DNA of 25,622 nt from Acidobacteriota bacterium. GTDB taxonomy: Bacteria; Acidobacteriota; Terriglobia; Terriglobales; Acidobacteriaceae. Under the pieces are notes generated by a model that was not told where the DNA came from, made no database searches, and saw nothing but the letters and a program-made list of their open reading frames with translations. The DNA is taken from assembly GCA_021799945.1 (NCBI GenBank), contig JAJYZK010000003.1, forward strand, positions 1-25,622, in the 5' to 3' direction. The position numbers were made by a program, and so were the translations under genes. Shown here piece after piece: positions 17,668 through 25,622 of the stretch. How positions within the stretch are numbered: position 1 is the first letter of the stretch; each line of letters starts with the position of its first letter.

Positions 17668-19044
17668 CTATCGCCTCTTCCACCACATGAGGATTCCCGC
17701 GACTACCACGAAGAGGGGCAGCACAAACTGGCTGATCAGCCGGACCCTGACCAGTTGAGCGCGGGTCATCGTGATGCGCCGGTCATCCTGGGCTTTGGGC
17801 CGGATCGAGATTAGGTCCTCGTCGGAGGCGAGCCAATTCAGCGCATTCATGGCCAGATCGCCGTTTCCGTTAAATCCGATAAAGCGATTCGCAGCCCAGG
17901 AAGAGCTTCCCGTCACGACAAACCGGCCTTCCATATTGGGTTTGCCAACGCTATAGGAACCCGCCGCGGCAAGCGTGAAGGGGCCTTTACGATTCGACGG
18001 ATCGTCCACCCTCACCTCGGCCGAACTCAAGTTGCTGGTCGCCAGACTCGTGCCCGAGGAATCGAACAATTTCTCCACCGTGGACTTCCCGGCATCCTTC
18101 AATTCGAGCGAGCGGGTCAGCGGAAAACCGACCGCGGTGCCTTTCATATCGCTGACGATGGGCTGGGAGCTGTAGCTGGTGACCAGCGCAACCTGCGGGC
18201 CGAGGCCGGCAAGCTGGCCGATCGGATTGAGATCCAGAATCAGATCTTTGTCCGCGGTCACTCCCCAACCCTGCAGGGCGGCGGTGAGCAGGTCGTTGCC
18301 GGCGACCTCCGTGCTTCCAATCTTCAGCGGAGGATCCAGCATAAAAAAGGCGCGGCCGCCGTTTTCGACATACGTCTGCAGCGCGGTCACCTCGGGCTGC
18401 GCGTAATCGCGGTTCGGCCCACCCACCACTACCGTGGTGCAGTCCGCGGGCACCGCGGCGGTCTGCAGCAGATTGATCGCCTTGCCCTGGTAATCGTCAC
18501 GCGACAACATCTCCAGAAAGTGCGAGAAGCCGTCGCGGCCGGTGTCGTCGATTTGATGTTCGCCGCTTCCGGTCACAAAACAGACAGTCCGCGTGCCTCC
18601 TTTCAGGACGCGGATGAAGGCGCCGGTAAGGCCTTCCTCCGTCATGCTCTTCGCCGTTTCGCGCTTGGTCCCAATCTGGACCACGGCGGTCCCGAAGTCG
18701 CGGATGCCATCCTCTCGCGCCAGTTGCGGGTTCTTATCCGGATCCACGTAATCGACGTGGACCTTGGGCGACAGATTCGCATATTCATCGAGCAGGTCTT
18801 TGCCGTCGCGGAAACGGGTGCTCTGGTTGAAGTAGGTGATGGTGGCGTTCTGGTCCAGCCCCTTCACGATCTTGTCCGTTTGCGGAGAAAGGCTGTAGCG
18901 TTTGTTCGATGTGGTGTCAAAGGACTTGTTATAGCGGTCGGCCAGCACATTCAACACCACCGCCGCGGCGAGGGCCACCAGAATATACACCGTGGCGTAG
19001 GCTGCGTATCGGGTCTGCTTGGCATGGAGCCATTGGTTCGCCAT
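17668..19044 (-). CDS. GldG-family ABC transporter auxiliary (periplasmic) component
   Basis: FDTTSNKRYSLSPQT, YVDPDKNP, VCFVTGSGEH, RFVVTGSS, GNGDLAMNALNWL, C-terminal TM ending WWKRR. Confidence 0.88.
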   Translation of the reverse strand: MANQWLHAKQTRYAAYATVYILVALAAAVVLNVLADRYNKSFDTTSNKRYSLSPQTDKIVKGLDQNATITYFNQSTRFRDGKDLLDEYANLSPKVHVDYVDPDKNPQLAREDGIRDFGTAVVQIGTKRETAKSMTEEGLTGAFIRVLKGGTRTVCFVTGSGEHQIDDTGRDGFSHFLEMLSRDDYQGKAINLLQTAAVPADCTTVVVGGPNRDYAQPEVTALQTYVENGGRAFFMLDPPLKIGSTEVAGNDLLTAALQGWGVTADKDLILDLNPIGQLAGLGPQVALVTSYSSQPIVSDMKGTAVGFPLTRSLELKDAGKSTVEKLFDSSGTSLATSNLSSAEVRVDDPSNRKGPFTLAAAGSYSVGKPNMEGRFVVTGSSSWAANRFIGFNGNGDLAMNALNWLASDEDLISIRPKAQDDRRITMTRAQLVRVRLISQFVLPLFVVVAGILMWWKRR

Positions 19045-19812
19045 CTACGACCTCCAGCGCAGGGATTCCATCGATCGGGCGGTGAAGAACAGCCCGAGGA
19101 AGATCCCGGTGAGGTAAAAGACGACATCCTTGGATTCGATGACTCCCCGGCCGAAGGCGTCGAAATGCGAGATTACGGAAAAGTAGGCCAGCACGAGGGC
19201 CCAGGTCGCCGAATCGTAGCCGCTGCTCCACTCCAGCACCCAGAGCATCAGACAGACGCCGAAGGTGGCCGCGCCGGCGATGATCTGATTCTTGGTGAGC
19301 GTGGAAATGAACGTTCCCAACGCGAGCAGGAAGCCGCCCTGAAGCAGGAGGCCAAGGTAGCCTACCGCCAGAGGCTTCCAGTCCGGGTTGCCGTACATAA
19401 AGAGAAAGGTGAAATTGAGGGCGGTGAACAGCAGCAGACAGGCATACAGGATCAGGGCGGAGAGCCATTTCCCCAGGATGATTTCAAGATCGTGGAGCGG
19501 CGAAGTGATCAGCAGTTCGATCGTTCCGGAGCGCTTTTCTTCCGCGAACAGGCGCATCGTGATCATGGGAATGAAGAACAGGCCGACGACGCTCACGTTG
19601 GAAAGCAAGGGTCGAATGACCTCTTCGTTCAGGTTCATGGGAATCGTTTCTCCCCGGAGCTGCATCTGCATGCCTTCGATGACGAAGTAGCCGAGCGCAT
19701 TCCAGAAGAAAAATCCGAAGATCAGAGCGAACATCGTCAGCAGCAAGTAGGCGATCGGGGAAGCGAAATACGCTCCCAGTTCCTTTCGGCAGATGGTCCA
19801 GGTATTTCTCAT
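19045..19812 (-). CDS. ABC-2 type permease (GldF-like)
   Basis: KELGAYFASPIAY, TMRLFAEEKRSGTIELLITSP, IILGKWL; 6 TM segments. Confidence 0.92.
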   Translation of the reverse strand: MRNTWTICRKELGAYFASPIAYLLLTMFALIFGFFFWNALGYFVIEGMQMQLRGETIPMNLNEEVIRPLLSNVSVVGLFFIPMITMRLFAEEKRSGTIELLITSPLHDLEIILGKWLSALILYACLLLFTALNFTFLFMYGNPDWKPLAVGYLGLLLQGGFLLALGTFISTLTKNQIIAGAATFGVCLMLWVLEWSSGYDSATWALVLAYFSVISHFDAFGRGVIESKDVVFYLTGIFLGLFFTARSMESLRWRS

Positions 19813-20798
19813 GCTTGCGACTCTTTCGTGGCGTCCTTGGTCTCTGCCGGCGTCGCGCTGGAGGTGAGTTCCAGGAAGATCTCCTCCAGGCTCATTGCGG
19901 CGGCGCGCAGTTCATGGAGATCCCAACCCGATTCGACCACGGCGCGAGCCAGATCGCCGCGAACCAGTTGGCCCTTCTGGCTTTCCACCTCGAAGACCGC
20001 GGCCTGCTCTGCGCGCTGCCGGACAGAGACGCGGCCGACTCCCGAAATCCGCTCCAGCCGGCGCAGAACCGGCTCCGGATCCAGAACGCCGCTGCGCGCG
20101 GCAATCTCCATCACCACCGATTCGACGCCTCGGGCCCGCTCCTGCAGATTGCGCACCGAGTCGGTGGCCACCAGCTTGCCCTTGTTGATGATCACCACCT
20201 GCTCGCAGGTCTGCTCCACCTCGGGAAGAATATGGGTGCTGAGAATGATCGTGTGGTCGCCGGCCAGGCTCTTGATCAGGTCTCTGGTTTCGTTGATTTG
20301 CTTTGGATCCAGCCCCGCGGTGGGCTCGTCGAGAATCAGCACCTCAGGATTGTGGACGATCGCCTGCGCCAGGCCGACGCGCTGGCGATAGCCCTTCGAA
20401 AGCTTGCCCAACAGCTTGGTCTTCACGTCGGCGACGGAGCAGCGCTCGCAAGCGTAGGCGACCCGCTTCTCCAGCTCCGCGCCGGCCAGCCCTTTCAGCT
20501 TGCCCACGAAGCGAAGATAGTCGACGGTTTCCATTTCGGGATAGATCGGCGGGCTCTCGGGAAGATACCCGATGCGCTTCTTTACCTCGAATGGCTGCTC
20601 GAGAACATCAAAGCCAGCCACCGACGCTGCGCCTGCCGAGGGCGGCAGAAAGCAGGTGAGCATGCGCATCGTGGTGGTCTTCCCCGCGCCATTGGGGCCC
20701 AGGAATCCTACGATCTGGCCTTTGGCTACCGAAAAAGAAATTCGATCGACGGCCGTTGCGCCGGCGTATTTTTTCGTCAGATCCTTGACTATGATCAT
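19809..20798 (-). CDS. ABC transporter ATP-binding protein (GldA-like)
   Basis: Walker A GPNGAGKTT, LSKGYRQR, Walker B ILDEPTAGLDP, STHIL; ATGA overlap with the permease. Confidence 0.96.
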   Translation of the reverse strand: MIIVKDLTKKYAGATAVDRISFSVAKGQIVGFLGPNGAGKTTTMRMLTCFLPPSAGAASVAGFDVLEQPFEVKKRIGYLPESPPIYPEMETVDYLRFVGKLKGLAGAELEKRVAYACERCSVADVKTKLLGKLSKGYRQRVGLAQAIVHNPEVLILDEPTAGLDPKQINETRDLIKSLAGDHTIILSTHILPEVEQTCEQVVIINKGKLVATDSVRNLQERARGVESVVMEIAARSGVLDPEPVLRRLERISGVGRVSVRQRAEQAAVFEVESQKGQLVRGDLARAVVESGWDLHELRAAAMSLEEIFLELTSSATPAETKDATKESQA

Positions 20799-20925
20799 TT
20801 CGAGTGTCTGTTTCCAATGGACATCCGCGAGCCACGAATCGATTTCACGGCCATCGCGGGAACCGGCAATCGATTCCCGGCTGTCCGCAACTCTTCCGTG
20901 GAATCAACCGGGCCAAAACCACTTT

Positions 20926-20955
20926 ATCGTAAAAGCCGGTTTTTGGTGATGTCAA
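20926..20955 (-). promoter_or_regulatory. Sigma70-type promoter for the ABC operon
   Basis: Minus strand TTGACA-N18-TACGAT, about 130 nt upstream of ATG 20798. Confidence 0.6.
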
Positions 20956-21122
20956 TCTCCGGAATCGGCCCGCAGCCGCGCATGCGCAGCGCGCGAACGG
21001 CGGTCGCCGTGCGCGGGTTACGATCGGACGCCGCATCGCCGCATGGTCTGGAACGATCCGAAATCCGGGATCGAACGCCGCGAAAACCGCCAACGGCCGG
21101 AATTGCAGTAGCCAGGAGCGCT

Positions 21123-22739
21123 ATGTCGAATGATCTGCTGCCCATTCGGGCGATCGCCGCCAAACTCTCGCTTCCCGAGGAAATGATGGAGCAATTGGGG
21201 CCGCACGGAGCCAAGGTGAAATTGTCTCTGCGGGACGACGCTTCGCGGCCCATCCGCGGCAAACTGATTCTGGTGACTGCGACGACGCCGACCGCTTCCG
21301 GAGAGGGCAAGACAGTGACGGCCATCGGCTTGGCTCAGGGCCTCGAACGCATCGGCAAACGGGCCATGATCACCTCGCGAGAGCCGTCGCTTGGTCCCGT
21401 ATTCGGCATGAAGGGCGGCGCCGCCGGCGGCGGCCGCGCGCGGGTGGAGCCGGCGGACAAAATCAATCTGCACTTTCACGGCGACTTTCACGCCATTACC
21501 AGCGCGCACAACCTGCTGGCCGCGCTGATCGATTCGCATCTGTTCCACGGCAACAGCCTGAATCTCGATCCGCAAGCCATCTCCTGGCCCCGCGCCCTGG
21601 ATATCAACGACCGGGCGCTGCGCCGCATCACGGTGCAGGCCGGCGGAGCCCGCGATGGACACGATCGGAAGACCGGCTTTTTAATTACGGCGGCCTCAGA
21701 AGTCATGGCCATTCTCGCTCTTGCGTCGGGACGCGACGATTTGCGCCAGCGGCTGGCGCGAATCGTCATCGGATCTGCCCGCTCCGGCCGTCCGGTTCGC
21801 GCCGCGCAACTGGACGCCACCGGGCCGATGATGGCGCTGCTGGCCGACGCGCTGCTGCCCAACCTGGTGCAGACCACGGAAGGAACGCCGGCCCTGGTGC
21901 ACTGCGGACCCTTCGCCAATATCGCCCATGGAACCAGCTCGATTCTGGCTCAGTCCATGGGCCTGCAGCTTGCCGACTACGTGGTAAACGAGTGCGGCTT
22001 CGCCAGCGATCTGGGCCTGGAAAAGTACATGGATATCGTGATGCCGGCCTCCGGCATCCGTCCATCCGTCGCGGTGGTGGTCACCACACTCAAGAGCGTG
22101 CTGTCGCAGGGCCAGGGATCGCTCGAAGGCGGCCTGGCGAACCTCGGCAAGCATATCCGGATCGCGCGCGGCTTCGGCTTGCCGGTGGTGGTCGCGCTGA
22201 ATCAGTTCGCGGACGATTGCGCCGCCGGGCTGGAGACGATCGCCCATTTTTGCGGCCGGGAGCAAGCGGGCTTTGCACTCTCCCAGGCCTATGCCAAAGG
22301 GGGCGAAGGCGCGATGTCCCTGGCCGAGGAGGTGGTGCGCGCCATCGAAGCCAATCCTCGGCCGAAACTGGCCGGCGCCTACCACGCGGAGGATCCGGCA
22401 GAGGTGAAGATCGGCAAGGTGGCCCGCAATGTCTATGGCGCGGCGGAGGTGGAGTTCAGCCCGGCGGCGAAGGCCGGCTTGGCCCGTATTGCGGACTGGG
22501 GCTACGCCACGCTGCCTGTGTGCATCGCCAAAACACAATACTCGCTCTCCGACAATCCGAAGCTGGCCGGAGCGCCGGAGGGCTGGACACTGCACATCGA
22601 CGAGATTTCCCTTTCCGCCGGCGCCGGATTCCTGGTCGCCGTCGCGGGCGGCATGATGCTGATGCCGGGTCTGCCGAAGGAGTCGCGCGCCGCGGCGATC
22701 GATCTGGATGACGAAGGAAGGCTGCTGGGTATCTCATGA
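21123..22739 (+). CDS. fhs: Formate--tetrahydrofolate ligase, 538 aa
   Basis: AGGAG RBS at 21114-21118; TPTASGEGKT, REPSLGPVFGMKGGAAGGG, GDFHAITSAHNLL, GPFANIAHG, AKTQYSLSDNP, MPGLP. The 19815 ORF-track start is an antisense read-through artefact. Confidence 0.94.
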   Translation: MSNDLLPIRAIAAKLSLPEEMMEQLGPHGAKVKLSLRDDASRPIRGKLILVTATTPTASGEGKTVTAIGLAQGLERIGKRAMITSREPSLGPVFGMKGGAAGGGRARVEPADKINLHFHGDFHAITSAHNLLAALIDSHLFHGNSLNLDPQAISWPRALDINDRALRRITVQAGGARDGHDRKTGFLITAASEVMAILALASGRDDLRQRLARIVIGSARSGRPVRAAQLDATGPMMALLADALLPNLVQTTEGTPALVHCGPFANIAHGTSSILAQSMGLQLADYVVNECGFASDLGLEKYMDIVMPASGIRPSVAVVVTTLKSVLSQGQGSLEGGLANLGKHIRIARGFGLPVVVALNQFADDCAAGLETIAHFCGREQAGFALSQAYAKGGEGAMSLAEEVVRAIEANPRPKLAGAYHAEDPAEVKIGKVARNVYGAAEVEFSPAAKAGLARIADWGYATLPVCIAKTQYSLSDNPKLAGAPEGWTLHIDEISLSAGAGFLVAVAGGMMLMPGLPKESRAAAIDLDDEGRLLGIS

Positions 22740-22808
22740 GCGGAGTCTCGCGATGGCCGCCGCCGGGCGCGGCTGTTAGACTTCCCTGAGACCCACCGGT
22801 CGCCGACA

Positions 22809-24554
22809 ATGCAGTCTCGCTTCAGGCCTCTACGGCATGCGCGCAAGCAGGGCGCCGGCGCACGCCGGCGGCTGTTCCCATTCTTCGCCGCATTCGTATT
22901 CCTTGCCCGCCTCATCGCCGGGCCGGCCGGCGCCGCGCAGCAAACTCCCTCGCCGGGCAAGTTTGTGGACATTGCAAAGTCCAGCGGGGTGGACTTCGAC
23001 TATCGCGCCTCCCACACCTCGAAGAAGTATCTGCTGGAAACCATGGGATCGGGGGTCGCCGTCTTCGACTACGACAACGATGGACGGCCGGACATCTTCC
23101 TGGTCAACGGCGCGCCCATCGCCGACCCCACACCGCTGGGCGCGATTCCCCGCAAGACCGGCCCCGAGTACTGGAACCGCCTCTACCGGCAGAAGCCGGA
23201 TGGCGGCTTTGAAGACGTAACCGAAAAGGCCGGCCTGCAAGGATACGGCTACGACATCGGCGTCGCCGTGGGCGACTATGACAACGACGGTTACGAAGAC
23301 CTTTATGTCACCGGGTATGGAGGAAACCATCTCTACCACAACAACGGAAATGGAACCTTCACGGATGTGACCCAGTCCTCGGGCGCCGGCGGGAGCGGAT
23401 GGTCCACCAGCGCGGCGTGGGTCGACCTGGATAACGACGGCCTTCTGGACCTGGTCGTGCTCCGCTATATGAAGTGGGATTTCAACGATATCTGGTGCGG
23501 TTCGCACCAGCCGGGCTTTCGCTCGTACTGCCATCCCGATCTGTTTGAACCGGCCACTCCGCTGGTGTACCACAACGACGGCCATGGCCACTTCACGGAA
23601 GTCGGCGCCAAGATCGGCATCGATCAGCCCGGCAAAGGGCTGGGCATCGCCATCGGCGACGTGAAGGGCGATGGACGCATGAGCGTCTTCGTCGCCAACG
23701 ATTCGATGTTCGAGTTTCTCTACCGCAACAAAGGGAACGGAACCTTCGACGAGACCGGTCTGGCCTCGGAGGTCGCCGTGGACGGCGGCGGCCAGACCTA
23801 CGCCGGAATGGGCGTGGATTTTCAGGACTACGACAACGACGGGCTCGCGGACCTGGTGGTCACCGATCTGGCCAACCAGCGGTATGCCCTCTATAAGAAC
23901 AACGGCGACGGCAGCTTTGCCTATGACAGCTACCTGTCCGGCGTGGGAGGTGAGACGCAGTTGCATTCCGGATGGGGCATCCGGTTTTTCGACTTCGATA
24001 ACGACGGCCTGAAGGATCTGATCGTCGCGCAGGGACACGAAATGGATAACATTCGGCTCCAGTATCCGCAACTCCGGTACAAGGAGCCGCTGCTGCTGCT
24101 GCGCAACCTGGGCCACGGAAAGTTCGTGGACGTCTCCGCGGAATCCGGCGCGGTCTTTCAGCAGCGCTGGGTGAGCCGCGGCCTGGCCATCGGCGATCTA
24201 AGAAACGATGGCCGGGAGGACGTCGTCGTTTCCACCAACGACGGCCCCGCTCATATTCTGCTGAACGAGACCCAGACGGCCAATCACTGGCTGGAGCTTG
24301 CGCTGGTGGGGAAAAAAAGCAACCGGGACGGGGTTGGAGCGGAGATCAAGCTGACGGCGCACGGGCAAAGCCAGTGGTGGACCGTCTCCACCTGCGGCAG
24401 CTATCTCTCGGCCAGCGACAAACGCGCTCACTTTGGCCTGGGCTCGGCGACCATGGCCGATGCGATCGAAATTCGATGGCCGAGCGGCATCCGGCAGAAG
24501 TTAACCGGCGTGCGCGCGGATCAAATCCTGCGGGTCGAGGAGCCCTCGCAGTAA
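22809..24554 (+). CDS. CRTAC1-family secreted protein (FG-GAP/VCBS repeats plus ASPIC/UnbV domain)
   Basis: ETMGSGVAVFDYDNDG, repeated DYDNDG/DLDNDG Ca-binding motifs, RGLAIGD, SASDKRAHFGLG, IRWPSG. Confidence 0.92.
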   Translation: MQSRFRPLRHARKQGAGARRRLFPFFAAFVFLARLIAGPAGAAQQTPSPGKFVDIAKSSGVDFDYRASHTSKKYLLETMGSGVAVFDYDNDGRPDIFLVNGAPIADPTPLGAIPRKTGPEYWNRLYRQKPDGGFEDVTEKAGLQGYGYDIGVAVGDYDNDGYEDLYVTGYGGNHLYHNNGNGTFTDVTQSSGAGGSGWSTSAAWVDLDNDGLLDLVVLRYMKWDFNDIWCGSHQPGFRSYCHPDLFEPATPLVYHNDGHGHFTEVGAKIGIDQPGKGLGIAIGDVKGDGRMSVFVANDSMFEFLYRNKGNGTFDETGLASEVAVDGGGQTYAGMGVDFQDYDNDGLADLVVTDLANQRYALYKNNGDGSFAYDSYLSGVGGETQLHSGWGIRFFDFDNDGLKDLIVAQGHEMDNIRLQYPQLRYKEPLLLLRNLGHGKFVDVSAESGAVFQQRWVSRGLAIGDLRNDGREDVVVSTNDGPAHILLNETQTANHWLELALVGKKSNRDGVGAEIKLTAHGQSQWWTVSTCGSYLSASDKRAHFGLGSATMADAIEIRWPSGIRQKLTGVRADQILRVEEPSQ

Positions 24555-24572
24555 CGCCCCCATTGCGTCCTC

Positions 24573-24591
24573 CGGCGGTCGATTTCCGCCG
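24573..24591. terminator. Short hairpin between convergent genes
   Basis: CGGCGG-TCGATTT-CCGCCG; no U-tract. Confidence 0.3.
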
Positions 24592-24598
24592 CGAAACC

Positions 24599-25438
24599 TC
24601 AGGAGCTGGTTGCGATCTTCGCTTCGGGCCGCCGGGCGTATTCGGACCAGGAGCCGTCATACAGGCTTACCTGCGCGGCGCCCAGGATCTCCAGCCCGAG
24701 AGACAAAACCGCCGCCGTCACACCCGAGCCACAGGTGGTCACCACCGGTTTGCCGAGATCGACGCCTCTGGCCAGAAAGATGTCGGCCAGCTCCTCCGCC
24801 GGTTTCAGGCGTCCCTGCCGCACCAGATCCCCGAAGGGCAGGTTGATGGCGCCGGGCATGTGACCGGAGCGGATGCCGGCGCGCGGTTCGGAGGCGCTTC
24901 CTTGAAAGCGGGCCGCCGAGCGGGCGTCGAGAATCTGTCCTCCCTCGTCCATGACCCGTACAATGCCGGCGAAATCTGTAACCGCCGCGGCATTGAGTTT
25001 CGCGTGAAATGAGGCCGGAGGGCGGCGGACACTTCCGCTTTCCATAGGAAGACCCTCCTCCGCCCATGCCGGCAAGCCTCCGTCCAGCAGATAGACCCGC
25101 TCCGCTCCAAACACGCGCAGCTTCCACCAGGCTCTGGCGGCGGAGAACATTCCGCTCTGCTCGTAAACGACCAAGGTCATTCCATGGCCGACCCCCAGGG
25201 CGCTCATGGCGCGGGCGAAATCCTCCGCGGCGGGCAGCATGTGGGGCAGCGAGGTCGCTTGATCGGAGAGCGCCTCAATATCGAAGAAGACCGCTCCGGG
25301 AATATGATTCTCCCGATATCGCGCCGCCGTGTCGACAGGAGGGGTCGCGCCGGGCGGAGAGAGACTGGCGTCCAGAACGGCCAGATCGGGCTCGCCGAGG
25401 CGCTCCCGCAGCCATGACGGGGAAACCATTGGATTCAT
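24599..25438 (-). CDS. sseA: 3-mercaptopyruvate sulfurtransferase (two-domain rhodanese), 279 aa
   Basis: HIPGAVFFDI, LPHMLP, AARAWW, LDGGLPAW, LDARSAARF, GHMPGA, active-site loop CGSGVTA, LYDGSWSEY. Confidence 0.94.
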   Translation of the reverse strand: MNPMVSPSWLRERLGEPDLAVLDASLSPPGATPPVDTAARYRENHIPGAVFFDIEALSDQATSLPHMLPAAEDFARAMSALGVGHGMTLVVYEQSGMFSAARAWWKLRVFGAERVYLLDGGLPAWAEEGLPMESGSVRRPPASFHAKLNAAAVTDFAGIVRVMDEGGQILDARSAARFQGSASEPRAGIRSGHMPGAINLPFGDLVRQGRLKPAEELADIFLARGVDLGKPVVTTCGSGVTAAVLSLGLEILGAAQVSLYDGSWSEYARRPEAKIATSS

Positions 25439-25480
25439 GCCTTCAGAATATCCCGTTCCCCGCCGCACCGCCTTCGCCCC

Positions 25481-25510
25481 GAAGAGATCGGAAGGGACCG
25501 GAAGAGACCG
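25481..25510. repeat. 10-bp tandem repeat GAAGRGAYCG x3
   Basis: GAAGAGATCG GAAGGGACCG GAAGAGACCG; further GAAGGGCG copies at 25518, 25525 and 25552. Confidence 0.7.
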
Positions 25511-25622
25511 ATGGCGGGAAGGGCGAAGGGCGCAGCGGCCAGGGCCATGGCGAAGGGCGGGGCGCTCCTCAGAGGCAAATCTCCTCTGCGCGCTTCACTC
25601 TTCCGGAACGGCGGTAACGAGC

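Noticed and set aside
18520-20391. Long alternative ORFs (18520-20391, 9023-10432, 10656-11930, 16571-17536, 22830-24116, 4867-5811 and others)
   Set aside because: Antisense or off-frame shadows of well-supported genes, with no recognisable motifs.
19815-21122. 974-aa ORF that appears to give Fhs a 436-aa N-terminal extension
   Set aside because: The extension is the antisense shadow of the ABC ATPase plus intergenic DNA. Fhs homology and an RBS begin at 21123. Long stop-free antisense frames are common at high GC.
20799-21122. ZTP (pfl) or THF riboswitch upstream of fhs
   Set aside because: Conserved GACUGGCG and CGCCUGGGC elements are not found; an Infernal/Rfam scan would be decisive.
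24599-25438. Functional link between SseA (sulfite source) and SqdB
   Set aside because: 11 kb apart with unrelated genes between; no sequence evidence of co-regulation.

Overview
High-GC (about 65-70% in sampled lines) bacterial chromosome segment. Gene content (CRTAC1/ASPIC-UnbV protein, GldA/F/G-like plus DUF4340 ABC system, the type of GT39 and AraC proteins) suggests Acidobacteriota; this is inference. In order: 5'-truncated GH20 hexosaminidase and an MFS transporter; CDGSH Fe-S protein, a small orphan lipoprotein and a cold-shock protein; then a divergently arranged envelope-modification locus (MacB-like permease and two half-size EamA/SMR-like proteins on minus; AsnB-type amidotransferase, ArnT-like GT-C glycosyltransferase, membrane-fused SAM methyltransferase and UDP-sulfoquinovose synthase SqdB on plus); a lower-GC islet (AraC regulator, COG4313-like outer-membrane channel, unknown secreted protein); a four-gene ABC export operon; a divergent formate-THF ligase; a CRTAC1-family protein; and a mercaptopyruvate sulfurtransferase. 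The best candidate for an undescribed system is the 4.4-13.2 kb locus, which may build a lipid-carrier-dependent sulfoquinovose-containing, amidated and/or methylated surface modification rather than classical SQDG sulfolipid. No rRNA, intact tRNA, CRISPR array or transposase was seen. All family assignments come from motif recognition, not database searches.
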